From contig JBCCQH010000027.1 in assembly GCA_039024435.1 (NCBI GenBank), positions 1,963 through 65,962 on the forward strand: 64,000 nt of DNA, read 5' to 3'. The notes below the pieces were generated by a model. The model was not told where the DNA came from and made no database searches. It worked only from the letters and a program-made list of their open reading frames with translations. How positions within the stretch are numbered: the stretch's first letter is position 1; every line of letters starts with the position of its first letter. The position numbers were made by a program, and so were the translations under genes. The DNA is from Bacteroidota bacterium (lineage in GTDB: Bacteria; Bacteroidota; Bacteroidia; J057; JADKCL01). Shown here one piece after another: positions 30,080-37,054 of this stretch.

Positions 30080-30137
30080 GATCACGCTTTCTTGGGGTCG
30101 ATCTGGATCTTTTCCGAAGATTGATCTACATTAGATC
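30080..30137. promoter_or_regulatory. cluster of five GATC sites (four as GATCT) in the divergent intergenic region at the island's left edge
   Basis: GATC at 30080, 30100, 30106, 30123 and 30134, i.e. five within 58 bp. The cluster lies 39-96 nt upstream of the ATG at 30176. Confidence 0.35.
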
Positions 30138-30175
30138 TATTCATTGCCTTTTCATTTAACTAAGGATTGATTGAC

Positions 30176-31828
30176 ATGCCGAATAAGTACAACCTCTACC
30201 GGGTAGAGGCATCCCGTTATGCCTCCCTGGTAAAAAGCTTGGAGGATGCCGGATTTTCAAAAACGGATGCCTCCGCCCAAACCCGCGGTTTCACCCTGGA
30301 TTTTTACCTGGGACACGACGCTCCCCGTACCCCGCGCTGGTTGGGGTTGTACCGGGCTTTTCTGCCCCCGGAGACGGTGCTCCGCAATCAAATGCACTCG
30401 GCAGCCCTGGTGATCCACAATGAACAACACTGCTACGTTGCCGCCATCGGCCGCGCCTTCCACCCGATCCAAAAAGTCTGTGACCGGGAATTTGGGCTGA
30501 ACCTGGCCGAACGGATCGCCAACCCGGAGGAAGTCAAACAGAAAGCTTCCCGCTTCTTCCAAAGCCAGCGGAGAAAATCCATCCAGTCTTTCCTGCGCAA
30601 CAATCCCTTTTCCTACGACAGCGGCGAGTCGGTCACCTACATGAAGGCCCGAACCCTTGACGCCAAATTGTGGGGCGAAAGGGCCGAATTCGGGGTTTCC
30701 TTTCGCTTCCACTCCCACCTGGATCCCGGACGCCTCGTCGAGCTGGTGGAAATCATCATCGGGAAACTGCAAGGCAAGGGCAATTTTGCCTTTCCCCGGA
30801 CCGAAGTGGTCAAAGACGTCGCTTTGCGCACGACCCTCGACCAGATCCTCGCCGGTCAGATTCTCAGCGATCAGGATGGCGCATCCGGCCACGTAGCGGT
30901 GGATGATTTCCAGTTGCAGGGCTGCGACTTTGTGTTCTACAATGCCCTGGATTTCCAAGCATTTGTGTACGGGCAAATGAAAGCCACCCTGACCCCACTG
31001 CCCAACCGCAGCCTCGCCGACCTCCGGGCATTCATTGCGGATCAGTCCCTGGACGAAGCGGAACTCCTGCGCCAGGTACGAATCCAGGTGGTCCGGGACG
31101 AAGGCTCCAAGCTCAAGTTCAAGCTCGCCGGAATCCTGGACATCGTAGTCGAACAGGGCAACAAAAGTTACTGCCTGATTTCAGGAGAATGGGTGAAATT
31201 TTCCCGCTCTTACCTCGACTTTCTCAACGAGCAAATTGCCGCGCTGGAGCACGAGAATGCCCACCTTTACGACTTCATCGAAGGCAAAGGTGAGCCCAAC
31301 CGCAAAGGCCAGAAGGGCGCTGCGGGCCGGGATGAAGAGTGGTTCATCGCCCAGGTCCGGAAGCATGATCCGAGCTATGAATCCTACCACAACACAGATT
31401 TTGCCCGGAACTTCAAGGCAAAAATGCTCCGGCACAAGGTAGAACTGATGGATCTGCTCCGCGAGAAAACCCTGTACGTAGTCAAGCGGGGGAAGACCCA
31501 AAAGCTCGGCTATGCCCTCGATCAGGCCATCGCTACGGTCAATCTCCTGAAGGACCTGCGGTTCAAACTCAAACTGCCCTGGGAAAAAGCGCGCCGCACC
31601 AAGACCATCCGTCCCAAAGTCATCACGGTCTGGCTCGTGGTCACCCGCAAGGCCCCAATTGCTCAACTTTCTGAACTCAATTCCACCATTCTCAAGATGA
31701 AACTCCTCGAGTTTAACCGCGTGGCCCGGGATGCGGGCTTGCAGCCGCAAATCCGGTTTTCCTACGAAATCGCTCCCCGGCACCAAAAAAACTATCCGCT
31801 GGCGCAATCGGTCATTGAACGCAGTTGA
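30176..31828 (+). CDS. hypothetical defence-island protein, possibly TIGR04141/DUF6119-like with a PD-(D/E)xK-like C-terminal module
   Basis: Length is ~550 aa. The C-terminal block VELMDLLREKTLYVVKRGKTQKLGYALDQAIATV resembles the E.cD......hhh.K......LSHL..Q pattern I associate with that family. Assigned from memory only. TTG at 30167 is an alternative start. Confidence 0.35.
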   Translation: MPNKYNLYRVEASRYASLVKSLEDAGFSKTDASAQTRGFTLDFYLGHDAPRTPRWLGLYRAFLPPETVLRNQMHSAALVIHNEQHCYVAAIGRAFHPIQKVCDREFGLNLAERIANPEEVKQKASRFFQSQRRKSIQSFLRNNPFSYDSGESVTYMKARTLDAKLWGERAEFGVSFRFHSHLDPGRLVELVEIIIGKLQGKGNFAFPRTEVVKDVALRTTLDQILAGQILSDQDGASGHVAVDDFQLQGCDFVFYNALDFQAFVYGQMKATLTPLPNRSLADLRAFIADQSLDEAELLRQVRIQVVRDEGSKLKFKLAGILDIVVEQGNKSYCLISGEWVKFSRSYLDFLNEQIAALEHENAHLYDFIEGKGEPNRKGQKGAAGRDEEWFIAQVRKHDPSYESYHNTDFARNFKAKMLRHKVELMDLLREKTLYVVKRGKTQKLGYALDQAIATVNLLKDLRFKLKLPWEKARRTKTIRPKVITVWLVVTRKAPIAQLSELNSTILKMKLLEFNRVARDAGLQPQIRFSYEIAPRHQKNYPLAQSVIERS

Positions 31829-31840
31829 GAATTGGCGAAT

Positions 31841-31930
31841 GAGAATTTCCAATTGGCGCATTCCGAACGCGCAACCAACAATTCCATCTATTTGCAATGC
31901 ACTCCAGCGAAGCGCCAATTGAAAATTCTC
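31841..31930. repeat. 19-nt inverted repeat between convergent genes (possible bidirectional terminator or protein-binding site)
   Basis: GAGAATTTCCAATTGGCGC (31841-31859) pairs with GCGCCAATTGAAAATTCTC (31912-31930) with one mismatch. No flanking T-run. Confidence 0.35.
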
Positions 31931-31942
31931 CACCCCGGCAAT

Positions 31943-33448
31943 TTAACGGATCAAGTCTGCGATCTGCCGGCCCAGCAGCTTGCTCTTGGTCCAGTAAAGG
32001 ACTTCCTCCATTCCTGGCCGCAGCTTTTGGGCCGACATTTGTTCCAACTCGTCGTGGAGTTGGCGGATGACGTTGTGCCGGGCTTTGGGGTCGCCGCGCT
32101 GCATCAGGCGGACCATTCCGTTTAGCACGCTCCGCGCAAAGGAGCGGGCCAGTCCCTTTTTGCGCAACCATTCGGCCCCAGCCTTCGCGCGGGAAATCAG
32201 GTGCTCGTAATCGCCGTCGTCCACCAACTCATAGGCGGTAACCACCGAAAATATCCGGGCCAAGCCTTGCAGGTCCACCCGCTGTTGGGTCAAAGGGTGC
32301 CGTTGCAATTGTTCGGCCCAGTGATTCGCCTGGCGAAAATCACCCGCCCAAAAGTGCGTCAGCAGCAGATTTGCCTGGAAGCCCAGCCGGGTCGAATCTA
32401 CGAGCTTGGTCCCGTAGCGGTCCAGCTTTTCCGGCACCGTCGCCATGAGCGCCAGGGCGTCATCGAGCCGCCGTTCATTCAGCGCGAGCAGGTGCCGGTA
32501 AAACAATCCCACCGAAAAGGCTTCGATTTCGTCTTCCTCACTCTCTACCGGTAGACTTTCCAATCGGTCCAGCACCGGGGCAAAAGCATCGTACCGAGAA
32601 TTGTTCGCCGCGCAGTGCAGGAAATTGCAGAGGAAAAGCCGGAACTCAGGGTACAACTCCTCCTGCTGGTGGGGATGCGCCTCCCAATGGGCCAGCAACT
32701 GGCGGTAGGCGGTAAATTCCTGCTCCCGCTGCTCGTGAAAACCCAGGAGAAAACAGCGCGATTGCAGGTAGAGCCGGCGCGCGGTGAATCCCGCGGGCCG
32801 GTAGTCGGGCTGCAGCGCAGGATGCTGGGCCACCGCTTCGATTTCGCGGAGGTGCTCGGCCGAAAGCTGGCTGAGGTTGAGGCGGATGTAGATGCCCAGC
32901 CGGTCGTAGAGTACTTCCTGTTGTTCCCGTTCTTCCCGGCGCGCCTTCAAGGCAGTTTGGGTGCTCAGCAGGTCCGCGAGGGCCTGCTGAAATTTTTTGC
33001 GCTGGTACAGCTTCAGGATGTTCCGTTCCAAGCGGTTGAGCTGCAATTGCAGGTCGATGAATTCGTACTCGTCCGCGATCTTGTGCGCCGTGCGGAGTTC
33101 CTTGCGGGCTGCGGAGACGATTCCGCGTTGGTGCAGGAGGTGCGCCCGGTCGAGGCACCGCCGGCACTGGTCGTACTTGTGATTTTCCGGAGCGTAAATC
33201 AGCAGGAAGTCATTCAGCAGATTCCAAAGGTAATTCTTCGCCGCGGCAAAACTGCGGTCTTCGAATTCGTCGGCGACCGCCGCTTTCAGCGCCTTTTCGT
33301 CGTAGTGTGACTGGCGCTGCATCTTGGTAAAGAGCAGCCAGTACTTTTTTTCTCCGTCGCGGTATTTCTGCGTGTACAGCCGAAAGTTCCGTTTCTCCGA
33401 ACGGCTCATCCGCTGAATCAATTGAAATAAATCGTCACTTGGCTTCAT
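31943..33448 (-). CDS. hypothetical all-alpha (TPR-like) protein
   Basis: 501-aa ORF with helical-repeat composition. N-terminus: LFQLIQRMSRSEKRNFRLY. No catalytic motif recognised. Transcribed divergently from the pAgo operon. Confidence 0.5.
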   Translation of the reverse strand: MKPSDDLFQLIQRMSRSEKRNFRLYTQKYRDGEKKYWLLFTKMQRQSHYDEKALKAAVADEFEDRSFAAAKNYLWNLLNDFLLIYAPENHKYDQCRRCLDRAHLLHQRGIVSAARKELRTAHKIADEYEFIDLQLQLNRLERNILKLYQRKKFQQALADLLSTQTALKARREEREQQEVLYDRLGIYIRLNLSQLSAEHLREIEAVAQHPALQPDYRPAGFTARRLYLQSRCFLLGFHEQREQEFTAYRQLLAHWEAHPHQQEELYPEFRLFLCNFLHCAANNSRYDAFAPVLDRLESLPVESEEDEIEAFSVGLFYRHLLALNERRLDDALALMATVPEKLDRYGTKLVDSTRLGFQANLLLTHFWAGDFRQANHWAEQLQRHPLTQQRVDLQGLARIFSVVTAYELVDDGDYEHLISRAKAGAEWLRKKGLARSFARSVLNGMVRLMQRGDPKARHNVIRQLHDELEQMSAQKLRPGMEEVLYWTKSKLLGRQIADLIR

Positions 33449-33650
33449 CTTTTTATCTCAAAAAAGCAAAATTTTGTTTCTCTCTGAACCTCTATTGATC
33501 TCTTCCGGAATATCCGCAATTCTGAGATAAAACGTGCGGTTTCCCCCCAAATTCTTGTCCGTGAACTTCTGATAATCCCAAAAAAATCTGGTGGTCTGCC
33601 GGATCCTTTTCCCGCTACTTGCCGGCAGTTAAACCACAAAAAATACCATT

Positions 33651-34079
33651 ATGTCTGACACGTATTCCATTTCCAACCACCAGCCCCAGTTCAATGCGGA
33701 CTTCAGCGAGTTGGAGATCCACAACCTCACCACGGGAACCATCGAAGAAACCTACGATCTCACCCAATCCACCAAAGTATCGGTCACCTCGGGCAATTAT
33801 GTCGTCGACCAAAATACCTGTACCGGGTGCTTCTCCCAATCTTTTGACGCGGACGAACAGGAAACGGTCTCGTTCAGCGGGGCCCGCATGGCCGGCGTGA
33901 CCATCATGCGACTGGAAGGAACGCTCAAGCCCCATTTAGAGTACGACTTTGATCTGGATGCCTGTCCGGTGTACCTGAAGTACGACGGCGACAAGCTCAA
34001 GGTCGAGGCCTCCCAGGACAGCGGTGGAGCCGGGTTTGATCCTTGCTGCGTGACCATTCGCCAGCTCACTTCTGCCTGA
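33651..34079 (+). CDS. hypothetical 142-aa protein, first gene of the pAgo operon
   Basis: ATG start, with the stop 6 nt before the next ATG. Beta-rich composition with several Cys (CTGC, DACP, DPCC). No family recognised. Confidence 0.5.
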   Translation: MSDTYSISNHQPQFNADFSELEIHNLTTGTIEETYDLTQSTKVSVTSGNYVVDQNTCTGCFSQSFDADEQETVSFSGARMAGVTIMRLEGTLKPHLEYDFDLDACPVYLKYDGDKLKVEASQDSGGAGFDPCCVTIRQLTSA

Positions 34080-34085
34080 TCGCCG

Positions 34086-35201
34086 ATGCTTCCGGAAAAT
34101 CCATCCTTGTCGACGATCTCGGAAGTGGCGGTTCTCCAGGTCCGCACCCCGGAGCACCCGGAGGAATTCCGCTCGGAATTCCCGGGCCTGGAGGCCGTCT
34201 TCCCGAACCCGGTCCGGGTCTATTGGCTGTTTCCGGAGATGGCGTCCCGCCCCCGGATCGCCCCGTTTTCCTGGCGGCACCTGACCATCCATCCGGTTCC
34301 CTTTCCGCGGGTGGATGCTCGGGTCCGCAGCGGGAACTGGGAGTGGCTGCAGGACCCTTTCCTGGTCGTTCCGGGAGACCGGCCCCGCTTCGTCATTCCC
34401 GCCCAAGCGACGGTCCAGGATCAACTGATCGTGACCGCGCTGGCCCGTGCCGCGGGCGCTTACGTGCGCATGGCCGGGACCTACTTTGAAGGGGGAAATC
34501 TGTTCTGGATGGGCCAGCACATCCTCGCCGGTCGCGATACCCTGCTGCACAATCCCGCACTCCTGGCGGAAGGCGACCTTTTCTCCACCCAGCGGCGAAT
34601 CGAAGCGGATTTCCGGCCGGCCGAGATCCACTGGATCGGGGATCACCTGACGCAGACCCGATCTCCCTGGCAGCCTTGTGGTGAGGCGGACAGCTTCCAA
34701 CCCTTTTTTCACCTGGATCTGTACGTGATGCCCGCCGGGAGAAACTTGCAAGGAAATGCCCGCGTTGCCGTGGCGGACCTGCCGGCCGATCTCACCGACG
34801 CCGATGGCGTCGCGGCGCAGGCGCTGGTCACCCGGTTGCGGCAGCAATTGGCCCGCACCGAGGAGCAAGTCCGCGCCTCGGCTGGCCCCGAGACCGAAGT
34901 GATCCGGGTACCCATGGTGCTGCGTTGCCACGCGTCCCAGCCCCGGGTGTTCTCCCCTTGCAATGGACTCTACGAATCCACCCCGGCGGGCGACCGGATC
35001 TTGCTTCCGGATTATGTCACCCACGCTCCGGTCCGCTACTGGCGACCGCGACTGAAAGCCCAAAAACGGCAGATTGAAGCCCTCTGGGAAGCCCGCGGGG
35101 CCAGCGTCCACTGGGTCACGGGAAACTATTTCGAGGACTCCGACAAGTGCGGGGCCTTGCACTGCCGCATCAAAATCATTCAACGTGTATCCACTTCCTG
35201 A
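34086..35201 (+). CDS. guanidino-group-modifying (pentein fold) enzyme-like protein, agmatine/peptidyl-arginine-deiminase-like
   Basis: The motif order matches the agmatine deiminase/PAD_porph layout: NWEWLQDPFLVV (W..D.GP-like), YFEGGNLFWMGQHILAGRDTLL (EGG...G), FFHLDLYV (H.D), SPCNGLY (SY.N-like), and C-terminal GALHCRIKI (GG..HC). Confidence 0.55.
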   Translation: MLPENPSLSTISEVAVLQVRTPEHPEEFRSEFPGLEAVFPNPVRVYWLFPEMASRPRIAPFSWRHLTIHPVPFPRVDARVRSGNWEWLQDPFLVVPGDRPRFVIPAQATVQDQLIVTALARAAGAYVRMAGTYFEGGNLFWMGQHILAGRDTLLHNPALLAEGDLFSTQRRIEADFRPAEIHWIGDHLTQTRSPWQPCGEADSFQPFFHLDLYVMPAGRNLQGNARVAVADLPADLTDADGVAAQALVTRLRQQLARTEEQVRASAGPETEVIRVPMVLRCHASQPRVFSPCNGLYESTPAGDRILLPDYVTHAPVRYWRPRLKAQKRQIEALWEARGASVHWVTGNYFEDSDKCGALHCRIKIIQRVSTS

Positions 35202-35203
35202 TT

Positions 35204-37054
35204 ATGAATTTGCAACAAAACTGGTTTCCCATTGTCTTCCGGGGAGATGCAATTCCCCTTTGGCAGACGGGACGGGCCAATGACCACAATGCTCCCACTC
35301 ACCGCACACTTCCAAACTGGACGGAAAATGGCAAGCAGTACTTCTGGCCCCCCGCTGGGCAGACGCTTCCCGAGGGAGGAACCCTCCAAAAACTCTCTCC
35401 GCACCTCATTCCGCAACTGACGGCGGAGATCGTCCGCTGGGCCTTGCTCCAGCTTCCCCATCCCGGTTTGGAGCGCGACGAGGACGAGATCATTTTTCCG
35501 CATCAAGGGTCCACCCTGCGCCTGGCGGTGATTCCTCCCGCCCCGCACAACACAGAATTCTGCCTGAGCATCCGCCCGGAAGATCCGCCCCCCGCCGCCA
35601 AAGAAGCTTACCGCCAAGTCCACGATGCCTTCGCCGTACTGGCGCAATCCCCCTTTACCAATGGTGCCGGCACAGAATTCACCCTGGAATCGGAGCGGGT
35701 GGAAGTCGAGTACCCCTCTTTTGCCCGCCCCCGACTCTATTTCCAGCCCAGCGGCATCGGCAATACCAATGACAAGTGGAAAGGCATCCTGAACAAAGGG
35801 CCCTTCAGCAAAGCCCACTTCCGCCACCGGGAACTGCACTGTCTGGTGATCGCCGGGGCCCGGGACGAGGGCGTGACCAAGCGGGCCCTCGGTGAACTGG
35901 AACGGGGGCTCCCGAGTGTGGACCACACCTCCGAGTTCCAGAGTCCATTCCCGAAAGGCTGGGCCGAACTCTTCCGGTTCAAAAGCTGGACCCCGTATTA
36001 CCTTTGGCTCCGCGGCCCCGCCGAGTGGGAGAATCTGGAACAACAGGTGCAGGAAGCGGTCCAGGCGCAGTGCCGGGAAGGACGGGAAGGCTTTGATCTG
36101 GCCTGGATCATGCCGCCGCGGGCCCATCGCAATGCGCCCCAGCTCATTGCCGGTGCGACGGCTACCCTGCTCGAATTTGGCATTCCGGCTCAGGTCTGGG
36201 ACCTGGATCCCTTCCGGCCCGGAGCCCCGCCCGGGAGCGCCGGCCAACGGCTGCGCGAACTCGCCCTCAAGAGCTACGTCAAGGTCGGGGGGATCCCCTG
36301 GCTGCTGCCGAGTGACCGGTCCAGCGACCGCCTCGTGGTCATCGGGGTGGGCAGCACCGAGCTTACGGAGGGTGTCGCTGGATTCTGCACCATTTTTGAA
36401 CGGGACGGGACCTTCCGCCTGGGCAATGCTTCGGCCCAGCCGAGCTTCCGGGACTGGCTGCGGGACCTGAGTGGTTTCGTCCGGGCCCAGGTGCGAAAAC
36501 TCGCCGATCAGGACAACTGGCAAGCGGGGGATCGGGTCGAGCTGGTCTTTCACCTTCCGGGGCCCGAATACTTCGGGCAGGTGGGCGCATTGCGGGAACA
36601 GTTGACCGGGGTGACCCTGGCCCAGTACCAGGTCTCGATGAGTTTTCTTGGGATCGACTACGCCCACCGGGACCGCCTCTGGGACTTGGAACGCCGGGGA
36701 CGGGGCGCAGAAAGCCGGGCCGCCTACATTCCCAAAATCGGTCAGGCCAGCATCGGCGGAGAAGAAGCCTGGTTGCAGTTGCGCGGAATCGAGCACGAGC
36801 GGGCCGAGGATCCCCCCTTGCGGATCTTGCTCCATCCCGACTCGGAAAACCTGGACCTCACCGAATTCACCCACCAGATATTCCGCTTTGCCGCCTTGTC
36901 CTGGCGCACCTACGGCCTGGAAGATCTGCCCGCGACGCTGGCCTACGGCAATGCCCTCACCGACCTGCTTTACCGCATCCACCAAGCGGGGCGCAGTACC
37001 GAGGTCGCCCGCGCCCTCCACAACTTTCCCCACCTCAAAACCTGGTTCCTATGA
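35204..37054 (+). CDS. short prokaryotic Argonaute (MID-PIWI), predicted catalytically inactive
   Basis: PIWI blocks: LKSYVKVGGIPWLL (36281-36301 encodes KVGGIPW), VVIGVGS, VFHLPGPEYFGQ, YAHRDRLWD, LPATLAYGNALTDL. The DEDX positions read G, L and N. The ATG lies 2 nt after the upstream stop. Confidence 0.8.
   Translation: MNLQQNWFPIVFRGDAIPLWQTGRANDHNAPTHRTLPNWTENGKQYFWPPAGQTLPEGGTLQKLSPHLIPQLTAEIVRWALLQLPHPGLERDEDEIIFPHQGSTLRLAVIPPAPHNTEFCLSIRPEDPPPAAKEAYRQVHDAFAVLAQSPFTNGAGTEFTLESERVEVEYPSFARPRLYFQPSGIGNTNDKWKGILNKGPFSKAHFRHRELHCLVIAGARDEGVTKRALGELERGLPSVDHTSEFQSPFPKGWAELFRFKSWTPYYLWLRGPAEWENLEQQVQEAVQAQCREGREGFDLAWIMPPRAHRNAPQLIAGATATLLEFGIPAQVWDLDPFRPGAPPGSAGQRLRELALKSYVKVGGIPWLLPSDRSSDRLVVIGVGSTELTEGVAGFCTIFERDGTFRLGNASAQPSFRDWLRDLSGFVRAQVRKLADQDNWQAGDRVELVFHLPGPEYFGQVGALREQLTGVTLAQYQVSMSFLGIDYAHRDRLWDLERRGRGAESRAAYIPKIGQASIGGEEAWLQLRGIEHERAEDPPLRILLHPDSENLDLTEFTHQIFRFAALSWRTYGLEDLPATLAYGNALTDLLYRIHQAGRSTEVARALHNFPHLKTWFL

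Noticed and set aside
33936-35183. 415-aa antisense ORF over the pentein-like gene
   Set aside because: Same shadow-ORF composition (Arg/Gly/Pro-rich). The sense frame has an ordered catalytic motif series.
35180-37033. 617-aa antisense ORF mirroring almost the whole pAgo gene
   Set aside because: This is a shadow ORF typical of GC-rich coding DNA. The protein is Gly/Pro/Arg/Ala-rich and low-complexity with no motifs, whereas the plus-strand frame carries clear PIWI blocks and coupled start/stop junctions.
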